A DNA stretch of 25,922 nt from Candidatus Promineifilaceae bacterium (GCA_041570685.1 JBFFVR010000001.1:1-25922), one strand, 5' to 3'. Shown: positions 16,916-25,153, numbered from the stretch's first letter. The notes: generated by a model not told the origin, from the sequence alone. Program-made: numbers and translations.

Positions 16916-17422
16916 TCAGGTATTATCGCTACGATTTGATTCATCGACAGCCGTGTAATCACCGCTTTGACCGCCAGATTTTGCGATTAAACGTATGTCA
17001 GTGATGTGCATGCTACGATCAACTGCTTTTGCCATGTCGTAAATTGTCAAACCAGCCACGGCGACTGCAGTAAGCGCTTCCATTTCGACACCTGTTTTGC
17101 CTGTTAGTCGAGCGGTAGCTTCAATGTCAATGCGGCTGTTCGGCACGTTTGGCTTACATGTTACGTCCAGGTGACTTAACGCTAGCGGGTGACAAAGGGG
17201 GATGATGTCGCTAGTGCGCTTAGCAGCCATTATACCGGCTATTCGGGCAACGGTAAGGACATCTCCTTTTTTGATGTTGCCTTCCAATATTAGCTGGAGT
17301 GTCTCTGATTGCATCAGGACCGCCCCTTGGGCAACGGCAATTCTTTCTGTGTCGGGCTTATGACCGACATTAACCATGTTAGCTTGCCCACTTTCATCGA
17401 GATGTGTTAACTTTTTTACCAT
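16916..17422 (-). CDS. moaC: Cyclic pyranopterin monophosphate synthase MoaC
   Basis: [77 protein letters not shown]. Confidence 0.98.
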   Translation of the reverse strand: MVKKLTHLDESGQANMVNVGHKPDTERIAVAQGAVLMQSETLQLILEGNIKKGDVLTVARIAGIMAAKRTSDIIPLCHPLALSHLDVTCKPNVPNSRIDIEATARLTGKTGVEMEALTAVAVAGLTIYDMAKAVDRSMHITDIRLIAKSGGQSGDYTAVDESNRSDNT

Positions 17423-17431
17423 GAATTAATA

Positions 17432-17459
17432 ATTATAGTGCCAACGGGATTGCTAGCAA
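17432..17459 (-). promoter_or_regulatory. Sigma70-type promoter of moaC operon
   Basis: TTGCTA (17459-17454) - 16 nt - TATAAT (17437-17432), 9 nt before the moaC ATG. Confidence 0.6.
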
Positions 17460-18218
17460 TTGAATGAGACAGTCTTCTACAATACTATTTATCTCTCCCC
17501 ACATTTCGACGATGCGATTCTGTCCTGTGGAGGGCAGATATACAAACAAACAAAGGCCGGAGAGAGCGTCCTAATCGTCACCATAATGGGTGGGGATCCA
17601 TATGACGTGCCCATTTCAGATTTTGCTCGCAGCCTCCATGATCGCTGGGAAATTAGTCCCGGTAGTATTGAGGCTAGAAGGATCGAGGATCGGAAAGCTT
17701 GTTTGATTGTGGGTGCTGATTATAAGCATTGGCCTATACCAGATTGCATCTACCGTAATCACGGGCAAGATGGTATACCCCTCTACCCCTCGGAAAAAGC
17801 GATCTTTGGTGATATTCATCCCCAGGAAGTGTATTTAATTGGCCATCTTTCTGAGTTGTTGGCCACACTTCCTGCCCATAAAAGCTTATTAGCTCCTCTA
17901 GGGGTTGGAGGCCATGTTGACCACAAGTTGACAAGGCTAGCTGCCGAAAATGCTACCTCAATCAGGCATTTAACCTACTATGAAGAATATCCGTATTCCA
18001 GAGATGAGACGGCCGTTAAACGGTTTTTCGATTCACCTGAAATGTGGCAGCCTCTTATTGTAGCTCTATCACAACAAGATCTTGAAAGAAAAATACAGGC
18101 TATCTCATGTTACCATTCGCAGATCGGTACATTTTTCGATGATTTTGAAGATATGATAGGTCAAGTGAAAATGCATAACGAAATCGTGGGAGGAGAACGA
18201 TTATGGTCTGCGGTTTAG
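17460..18218 (+). CDS. PIG-L/LmbE family Zn-dependent N-acetyl-deacetylase
   Basis: YLSPHFDDAILSCGG, RRIEDRKAC, APLGVGGHVDH, YYEEYPY, KIQAISCYHSQI. TTG start is the only option (in-frame TAG at 17454). Confidence 0.88.
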   Translation: MNETVFYNTIYLSPHFDDAILSCGGQIYKQTKAGESVLIVTIMGGDPYDVPISDFARSLHDRWEISPGSIEARRIEDRKACLIVGADYKHWPIPDCIYRNHGQDGIPLYPSEKAIFGDIHPQEVYLIGHLSELLATLPAHKSLLAPLGVGGHVDHKLTRLAAENATSIRHLTYYEEYPYSRDETAVKRFFDSPEMWQPLIVALSQQDLERKIQAISCYHSQIGTFFDDFEDMIGQVKMHNEIVGGERLWSAV

Positions 18219-18262
18219 GGATTTGTTTCTAAGAATTATCAAAAATAGCACTTGAGAGCTAA

Positions 18263-18291
18263 TTGCTCTGAGGTAGTAGTAAACATATAAT
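18263..18291 (+). promoter_or_regulatory. Sigma70-type promoter of the kinase-RSH cluster
   Basis: TTGCTC (18263-18268) - 17 nt - TATAAT (18286-18291), 44 nt upstream of the kinase ATG. Confidence 0.65.
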
Positions 18292-18335
18292 AAGTGAATG
18301 CATAGCCCTTGGACAAAGCACCATAAAACTCTATT

Positions 18336-20288
18336 ATGAATGATTTGACAACAACTCAGTTGCCAGATCGGCAAGAGCAAAAAGGAGTACGGAGACAGGG
18401 CCTGCTGCAACCAGGGGCCACTCTTCAGGATAGATACCAAGTTATGGGTACTCTTGGTGTTGGCGGATTTAGTTCGGTCTACAAAGCTCGCGACATGCAT
18501 TTCCCAACCGTTACACGATTATGTGCGGTTAAGGAGATGGTGCATGTTAATCGGGACCCAAAAATACGCCAGATGGCCACGGCGTCATTCGAACGGGAGG
18601 CGAGCATTCTTGCGACGCTTGATCATCCGGCCGTCCCCGATGTTTATGATTTCTTCACCGAGGCTGATCGAAGTTACCTGGTGATTGAATACATCAACGG
18701 CCGTGACCTCGAAGCGTTGTTAGCCGAACAGGCGACCACCTTCCCCGTTGCAACAGTTATCGATTGGTCGCTGCAACTATGTCATGTTCTAGAGTATTTG
18801 CACAGCCATGAACCGAACCCCGTGATCTTTCGTGATTTAAAGCCCTCCAATATTATGCTTGATCGTCATGGAAGAGTTCGCCTGATAGATTTCAACATCG
18901 CGAAGCTTTTCCATACGGGCCTGAAGGGCACCATGATTGGAACGGAGGGATATTCACCCCCTGAACAATATCGGGGAGAGTCTAGTCCTGCCGGGGATAT
19001 CTATGCGCTTGGTGCGACATTGCACCACATTTTAACTCGCCAGGATCCCCGAACCGAGCCGCCGTTTTCTTTTGGAGACAGACCAATAGATGAGGCCAAT
19101 CCAGAGGTGCCGACCGAGCTAGAGTCAATAATCAGCCGCTGTCTTTCTTATGACGCCAGCGCTCGCTTTCAAAAGGTTATCGAGCTAAGACAGGCCTTGG
19201 AATCTATTGCACCTTTGATGATTTCCTTGAACTCAGGAAGCCAGCCTATATCTTCTTCGAACTTAGTTGCCAAGGCCGCTAAAAAGGCAGATTCCAAGCA
19301 ATCGATAATCACAGGCCCGCATCAAACGGATGCTATCAAGCCCTTGTGGTTATTTAAATGTGAGGATGAAATTCGTTCAACCCCGACCATTTTTGATGGC
19401 AAGATATATTTGGGAACTTATGATCACAATCTCTATGCCGTAAATCTGGAAGACGGGGAGTTGGTTTGGAAATATCCTACAGCAGACTGCATAGCGTCAT
19501 CAGCTGCAGTTTATAGAAATTCGGTCTTTATCGGCTCGGCTGACGGCTTTTTATACAGCGTGAACACGGATACCGGTCGCCTTCAGTGGCGATTTGAAAC
19601 GGGTGGCCCGGTTTACTCTTCCCCTAAAGCTGATTTTGAACATGTCTTTTTCGGTTCTGATGATGGTTTCATATACGCGGTCAGCACTGCAAATGGTCGG
19701 AAAGTCTGGCAATCAAACGCCCATGGCATTGTTCGTTCGACCCCATTTCTCAGTGATGATCGATTATATTTTGGGACTGAAGGGGGATATGTATTTGCCC
19801 TCGACTTATCTGGAAATGTTAAATGGCAATTTCAAGCCAAGAGGTCGATCACTTCCTCGCCAGCTTTAGCTGATGACATGATCTTCTTTGGCTCGAGAGA
19901 TTCTACCATTTATGCGATTGATTCAAGTTCCGGATGGGCATTATGGCGTTTTCGCTCTCGACGACCTATTGTCTCCTCGCCAGTCATTAATGAGAAGACG
20001 CTATATATCGGTTCTTCTGATGGAAATCTTTATGCTCTTGATATTTATACAGGAAGACAAATTTGGGCCTACCAAACGGACGGACAGATTAATTCTTCTC
20101 CAGTTGTGAAAGATGATCATGTTTATTTTGGTTCCACAGAGGGCGCCCTATATTGCTTAAGTACTAAACGAGGAAAACTCCGTTGGCGATACAATACAAA
20201 AGGCGTTGTTGTAGGCTCGCCAGCAATTGAGGATGATGTTCTTTACGTAGGTTCTGGCGACAATTATTTATACGCCTTGCCTATCTGA
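18336..20288 (+). CDS. Hanks-type Ser/Thr protein kinase with C-terminal PQQ/BamB-like 8-bladed beta-propeller (AfsK-like architecture)
   Basis: GVGGFSSVY, AVKE, FEREA, IFRDLKPSNIM, DFNIAK, GTEGYSPPEQ, DIYALG; eight ~40-aa repeats W.f.t...i.SsP......vy.Gs.Dg.lYA from about 19347; no transmembrane helix visible. Confidence 0.95.
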   Translation: MNDLTTTQLPDRQEQKGVRRQGLLQPGATLQDRYQVMGTLGVGGFSSVYKARDMHFPTVTRLCAVKEMVHVNRDPKIRQMATASFEREASILATLDHPAVPDVYDFFTEADRSYLVIEYINGRDLEALLAEQATTFPVATVIDWSLQLCHVLEYLHSHEPNPVIFRDLKPSNIMLDRHGRVRLIDFNIAKLFHTGLKGTMIGTEGYSPPEQYRGESSPAGDIYALGATLHHILTRQDPRTEPPFSFGDRPIDEANPEVPTELESIISRCLSYDASARFQKVIELRQALESIAPLMISLNSGSQPISSSNLVAKAAKKADSKQSIITGPHQTDAIKPLWLFKCEDEIRSTPTIFDGKIYLGTYDHNLYAVNLEDGELVWKYPTADCIASSAAVYRNSVFIGSADGFLYSVNTDTGRLQWRFETGGPVYSSPKADFEHVFFGSDDGFIYAVSTANGRKVWQSNAHGIVRSTPFLSDDRLYFGTEGGYVFALDLSGNVKWQFQAKRSITSSPALADDMIFFGSRDSTIYAIDSSSGWALWRFRSRRPIVSSPVINEKTLYIGSSDGNLYALDIYTGRQIWAYQTDGQINSSPVVKDDHVYFGSTEGALYCLSTKRGKLRWRYNTKGVVVGSPAIEDDVLYVGSGDNYLYALPI

Positions 20289-20320
20289 ATAGGATCTGCT
20301 TAAAACATAAATAGCCAATT

Positions 20321-21406
20321 ATGCGCAATTTCTTCAGAAACTTTTTTAATGGAAAGCCCAGAGAAAGACCTATGAATGGACCAGATGATAATTTAGAAGG
20401 AATCAACGGTAATGGGCTTGTATCCAAGCAGGAACTTGATCAAGTTAGTGGCGAGCAAATGAGCGATACGACAATTGATCTTCCTGAGGATGCTGTTGAT
20501 TTGCCTAGAGAAGGGGATTCAGATCTCCATAAGGAGGAAACCAGACCAACAAAGGTAAGCCTAGAAGATACTCTCGTTGGCCTTGGCAAGGGTAATATCC
20601 ATTCAAAGACAGGTCGCAAATTACTTCAAGCAGCTCAGTATAGCCATATTGGAAATATCAGATCGCGCAATGAGGATTCCACTCAAATATTTACGGCCGG
20701 CTCTGGTGGGCAAGAACCCCTCGTCCCCTTTGGTTTTTATCTCCTTGCAGATGGGATGGGTGGCCATCATGCAGGACACGAAGCGAGTAAATATGTCGCT
20801 CGCTTTGTAGCCAAGCAGGTATTAGAGCGAATTTACATCCCCCTATTGAAAACGAGTATTGATTCCAATGGCACGCCGCCAGAACCTGTTCGTGAAGTAA
20901 TGCTCGATGCCGTTCAACATGCAAATCAGCATATATATAATCCGCAGCCTGATAAAGGTGGCGGTACAACGTTGACGGCCGCTCTGGTTTTTGGTCGCAG
21001 ATTGTACCTAACGCATGTGGGTGACAGTCGGGCCTACCTGTTGGTCGAAGATGGGCTCGAGATAATTACTGATGATCATTCTTATGTGCATCGATTGCAA
21101 GAATCGGGACAGATTACAGAGGAAGAGGCTGCAGTCCATCCGCAACGCAACATGTTGTATCGTGCTGTTGGACAGGGTGGCCAACTAGAGATCGATACCT
21201 TTACAAGAACGCTACCGGAGAATGGAAAATTGATGTTATGTAGCGATGGACTTTGGGGTCTGATTCCTGATGATGTCATCGCTCATGTGTTAGGACAAAA
21301 TCTCTCGTTGGAGACGTTAGCTGAACAGCTTATCAGCCTAGGATTGAAAGCTGGTGGGCATGACAACATCTCAACCGTTATTGTGGAGTTTAACTTCTCA
21401 GCCTGA
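20321..21406 (+). CDS. PP2C/PPM family Ser/Thr phosphatase with ~100-aa N-terminal extension
   Basis: GNIRSRNEDS, LADGMGGHHAG..AS, GTTLT, HVGDSRAY, DHS, CSDGLWG, GGHDNIS. Confidence 0.93.
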   Translation: MRNFFRNFFNGKPRERPMNGPDDNLEGINGNGLVSKQELDQVSGEQMSDTTIDLPEDAVDLPREGDSDLHKEETRPTKVSLEDTLVGLGKGNIHSKTGRKLLQAAQYSHIGNIRSRNEDSTQIFTAGSGGQEPLVPFGFYLLADGMGGHHAGHEASKYVARFVAKQVLERIYIPLLKTSIDSNGTPPEPVREVMLDAVQHANQHIYNPQPDKGGGTTLTAALVFGRRLYLTHVGDSRAYLLVEDGLEIITDDHSYVHRLQESGQITEEEAAVHPQRNMLYRAVGQGGQLEIDTFTRTLPENGKLMLCSDGLWGLIPDDVIAHVLGQNLSLETLAEQLISLGLKAGGHDNISTVIVEFNFSA

Positions 21407-21453
21407 GAATATGAGCCTGGGAGCCTAGAGAGTCATCCGAGGTAATTCCCCAA

Positions 21454-21906
21454 ATGGCGACCTGCAACGAGTGTCGGAAAGAATTTCTTACCGGCGTCCT
21501 TAGCTGTCCTGAATGTGGCGCGTTCGTTTGGGGTGATACAATTGCGCTAAATCCAGATTCGGGTGATTTAGAATCGTCGGAATTGGTTGCTTTTGTAAAT
21601 CTGAATACTAAACGACGCTGGGTATTACCCTTGAAGAATGACATCCGCATCGGCCGGGCAGATCCTGATAAAGAAGTCTGGCCTGAAATTGACTTAAGTG
21701 GGGACAATAATGCTGTAAATGGCGTATCGCGAGAACATGCTATACTTCGTTGTTCAGAACACGGTCCGGTTTTGTTGGATTTGGACAGCACAAACGGCAC
21801 AGTAATAAATAATTTTCCACTATCACCAAATCAACCGTACCTTATTCAAGACGGTGACAGGGTGCAATTTGGAAATTTACTTGTAAAAGTTTATCTGAAA
21901 AACTAA
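21454..21906 (+). CDS. Zinc-ribbon + FHA domain protein
   Basis: CxxC-x10-CxxC at N-terminus; FHA core IGR...VSREHA...DLDSTNGT.IN...I.DGD.V.FG; GAGGT SD. Confidence 0.9.
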   Translation: MATCNECRKEFLTGVLSCPECGAFVWGDTIALNPDSGDLESSELVAFVNLNTKRRWVLPLKNDIRIGRADPDKEVWPEIDLSGDNNAVNGVSREHAILRCSEHGPVLLDLDSTNGTVINNFPLSPNQPYLIQDGDRVQFGNLLVKVYLKN

Positions 21907-21928
21907 ACTATCTTGTTTGAGGTAGTAT

Positions 21929-22174
21929 ATGAGTATTACAATTATAGTTCATATAATCAATGAAGAGGCGATCCTCGCTGAAATCGAGAATTTGCCTGAA
22001 CCTAACGATCAAGTGCTCGTGATAGATAATCCTCGGAAACGCGATGGAAAGGATCTCCATTATTTGGAGGATGAAGCTACAACGATCATCGTTCCCTGGC
22101 ATCGGATCAACTTTGTCGAAATCATGCCGTCAGAAGCTGAAATGGAAGAAGTCATTACCTTTGTGCGTGAATAA
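21929..22174 (+). CDS. Small acidic hypothetical protein
   Basis: 81-aa ORF with GAGGT SD, fills the gap between FHA and regulator genes; stop overlaps next start (TAATG). Confidence 0.78.
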   Translation: MSITIIVHIINEEAILAEIENLPEPNDQVLVIDNPRKRDGKDLHYLEDEATTIIVPWHRINFVEIMPSEAEMEEVITFVRE

Positions 22175-22926
22175 TGGTTGAGCAGATACCTGATTCTCTT
22201 GCTGCTAGCAGCCCTCGTCTTGTTTTAGTTGTAGATGATGAGCCACGAATGATCCGGTTTATCCGGATGAATTTAGAGTTGGAGGGTTATCGTGTCATTG
22301 AGGCGAGTGACGGATTACAGGCTCTCGATCAAGTGCGAAAGCACCTACCAGATTTAGTAATCATGGACGTCATGATGCCTAAAATGGATGGATTCGAAAC
22401 CTTACGCTTGTTGCGGGAGATCTCTACGGTTCCCGTCATACTACTGACTGTAAAGAGTGATGAAGAAGACCGAATATTTGGGCTTGAATTGGGTGCCGAC
22501 GACTATGTCACGAAACCATTTAGTCCCCGCGAGTTGGTCAGCAGGGTTAACGCCGTTTTACGGCGTGCGGACTGGCCATCCGCTACTCCACGGGCGGTAT
22601 TAAAAATAGACGATAATCTTTCCATTGATTTCAATCGGCATCAAGTTATTGTGGCAGGTGACCGAATTGATCTTCGTCCCACAGAATATCGACTATTAAG
22701 TCACCTGATTCAAAACGCAGGATGGGTTGTGCCCCACGAAACTCTGCTGGCCAAAGTATGGGGCTATGAATATCGAGACGAAACCCATTATTTGCGACTA
22801 TATATTAACTATTTAAGAAAGAAGATTGAACAAGATCCTGCTAACCCTCAATATATCTTGACCGAACGAGGCGTAGGGTACCGATTTGCCGATTTCAAGA
22901 ACAAGGAATTGTTAAGAGACCACTGA
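22174..22926 (+). CDS. OmpR/PhoB-family response regulator (KdpE-like)
   Basis: [37 protein letters not shown], winged helix [28 protein letters not shown]. Confidence 0.95.
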   Translation: MVEQIPDSLAASSPRLVLVVDDEPRMIRFIRMNLELEGYRVIEASDGLQALDQVRKHLPDLVIMDVMMPKMDGFETLRLLREISTVPVILLTVKSDEEDRIFGLELGADDYVTKPFSPRELVSRVNAVLRRADWPSATPRAVLKIDDNLSIDFNRHQVIVAGDRIDLRPTEYRLLSHLIQNAGWVVPHETLLAKVWGYEYRDETHYLRLYINYLRKKIEQDPANPQYILTERGVGYRFADFKNKELLRDH

Positions 22927-22930
22927 AATA

Positions 22931-25153
22931 ATGGTGTCACCGGTTGACTCGGGGACTCTAGAGGCGCACGCACATTTCATTAGTCCCGACGGCCGCGAGT
23001 TCTTCGAGCTTATCCAAACTTACATTCCGAAAAACGAACAGTTTCGCGTTCACGAAGCTTTTGAACTTGCTCGCCATGAACACGGTACTCAACGCCGTCG
23101 ATCAGGCGAGCTTTTTTTTACCCACCCGCTCACGGTTGCTTACTATTTAGCCGAATACCATCTTGAATCCGCAGCCCTTATGGCTGCGCTTCTTCATGAT
23201 GTGGCTGAAGACACTCTGGTTTCCATCGAACAGATTAAACATCAATTCGGTAGTGAAGTTAGCCAGCTAGTCGACGGTGTAACAAAGTTGAAGGAAGTGA
23301 CAGCCGTAGTCGCCCGTGATCGCGCATTGACATCAAAAGAGATTCAAGACGCTAGCCTCCACAAGATGTTCAATGCTATGACAATCGATGTTCGCGTGGT
23401 TCTAATTAAACTATTCGATCGTTTGCACAACATGCGCACGATCTATGCTCTCCCTCAAACGAAACAACAGCTTAAAGCCGAGGAAACCCTGGCGGTATAT
23501 GCTCCACTTGCTAACCGGCTCGGAATTTGGAAAGTGAAAACGGAGCTTGAAGCTCTCTCATTAAAAGTCATCGACAATGAAGCCTACCGTATGATACAGC
23601 AGGTTTTGGAGCAGGATAATCATAGAAGCCAGGCATCCTATATGGCTATTGCCGAACAGATTATTAAATATCTGCACGAAAACGGCATAAAAGTGGCGAA
23701 TGTTTTGCCAAATCCGGAAAGTATCTACAGCGTCTATAAAACGCAAAAGGCGCGTTCGGCGCCCTATGACAACGTAGAAACGCCACTTCGAGTCGTCATT
23801 CTTTTAGAGGACGTTCCCTCCTGTTATCTCGCACTGGGCTATGTGCATCAGTTATGGCGGCCGGTTCCTGGAAAATTTGATGATTACATCGGCGTTCCTC
23901 GTGAAAATCTCTATCGTGCCCTGCATACCACAGTCATTTACAGCGATGGTCAACCCTTAAAGGTGCGTTTTCGCAGCTTGGCGATGAATGTCGTATCGGA
24001 AATTGGTGTTCTGGCTCGATCTTTTTATTCCAGCACACCCATGTGGACCAATGATTTGGCGGAGAGAGTTGAAGCCTTATTCGCTAATGTAAATGAAAAT
24101 ATACATTTAGAGCCCCAAAATCTCAGCACCGGTGTTCAAGGAGTTGTCGAAGATGTATTTCGCCAACAGGTAATGGTATATACGCCTCGAGGTGATATCG
24201 TTGAATTGCCTTTAGGGGCGACACCTGTCGATTTCGCCTACGCCATTCATACGGCTGTAGGTAATCACTGTTTAATGGCGTATGTTAATGAACAACCTTA
24301 TCCGCTTAATAAGCCATTGAATGATGGTGATCAGGTTCGAATTGTGAAATCAGGTTGGGCTCGTCCTCAACGCACCTGGCTAGATGAAGATTTAGGCTAT
24401 ATGACAACCAGCCGAGCTAGGTCTCGCGTTCGCCGCTGGTTTCGCCGTCTATCCGAACCCATGGCAATTGCTGAGGGACGCAAACTACTCCAGGACGAAC
24501 TCGCGATGCTGGGAATGTCGAATCATTCGCATGAATGGGTGGCGGAACAATTTGGTTTTAATCGGGTCGTTGATTTATACCATGAGTTTGGCCGTGCTGA
24601 ACTGTTGCCGACCACAGTTGCGACTCGAATCCTTGCCGAAAAGTGGCACCAGGAACCTTCCAGATACATAGGCAATACCGTCCGTACCGAGGCTGGTCAA
24701 GAGTTTGTTATAACAAATTCGTCGGGACGTGACCTCCGCCTATGCTTATCCTGCAATGCACGACCAGGAGATATCATCGTGGGCTTTTTACGAACGGACG
24801 GCGGGGTTACGGTGCATAAAGAGGGTTGTTACACATTGCGTCCTGATCCGTTAGCAGATCGGACAATCAAATTGGATTGGGGCCAGGCGGGGCAAGAGGA
24901 AGTACGCATTGTAACGATTCAAATCGATGTATTTGACCGGGCAGGATTGCTCTTAGAAATAGCGCTTCTTTTACAGGACGAAAACGTCAATATCGCCTCG
25001 ATTAATACGCAGCAGAACGGTGACGATGGCAAGGTAAGTTTAAACCTCGATCTGGAAATTGCGAATCCTCGTCAACTCGTCAGAATTCTACACCGGGCAC
25101 ATGCCTTGGTTAACGTGTATGCCGTCTATTGTCTGCGAGAGCCAGCCGATTAG
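22931..25153 (+). CDS. Long RelA/SpoT homologue: intact HD hydrolase, degenerate (pseudo) synthetase, TGS, helical, Zn-finger and ACT domains
   Basis: RRSGE..THP, LLHDVAEDT, DGVTKL, IKLFDRLHNMRT; synthetase region lacks GRxK, D and ExQxRT; TGS VYTPRGD...GATPVDFAYAIHT; C..C...PGD..HK.GC; ACT DRAGLLLEI. Confidence 0.92.
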   Translation: MVSPVDSGTLEAHAHFISPDGREFFELIQTYIPKNEQFRVHEAFELARHEHGTQRRRSGELFFTHPLTVAYYLAEYHLESAALMAALLHDVAEDTLVSIEQIKHQFGSEVSQLVDGVTKLKEVTAVVARDRALTSKEIQDASLHKMFNAMTIDVRVVLIKLFDRLHNMRTIYALPQTKQQLKAEETLAVYAPLANRLGIWKVKTELEALSLKVIDNEAYRMIQQVLEQDNHRSQASYMAIAEQIIKYLHENGIKVANVLPNPESIYSVYKTQKARSAPYDNVETPLRVVILLEDVPSCYLALGYVHQLWRPVPGKFDDYIGVPRENLYRALHTTVIYSDGQPLKVRFRSLAMNVVSEIGVLARSFYSSTPMWTNDLAERVEALFANVNENIHLEPQNLSTGVQGVVEDVFRQQVMVYTPRGDIVELPLGATPVDFAYAIHTAVGNHCLMAYVNEQPYPLNKPLNDGDQVRIVKSGWARPQRTWLDEDLGYMTTSRARSRVRRWFRRLSEPMAIAEGRKLLQDELAMLGMSNHSHEWVAEQFGFNRVVDLYHEFGRAELLPTTVATRILAEKWHQEPSRYIGNTVRTEAGQEFVITNSSGRDLRLCLSCNARPGDIIVGFLRTDGGVTVHKEGCYTLRPDPLADRTIKLDWGQAGQEEVRIVTIQIDVFDRAGLLLEIALLLQDENVNIASINTQQNGDDGKVSLNLDLEIANPRQLVRILHRAHALVNVYAVYCLREPAD

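Noticed and set aside
15267-17004. Antisense track ORFs over fabF/moaDE/moaC (e.g. 15267..15677, 16566..16871, 16624..17004) and other ORFs under 100 aa nested in the called genes
   Set aside because: Fully embedded in or antisense to well-supported genes, with no SD or domain signatures.
19347-20285. Periodic repeats in the kinase 3' half as a CRISPR or DNA repeat array
   Set aside because: Periodicity is at protein level (beta-propeller blades); DNA copies are highly diverged.
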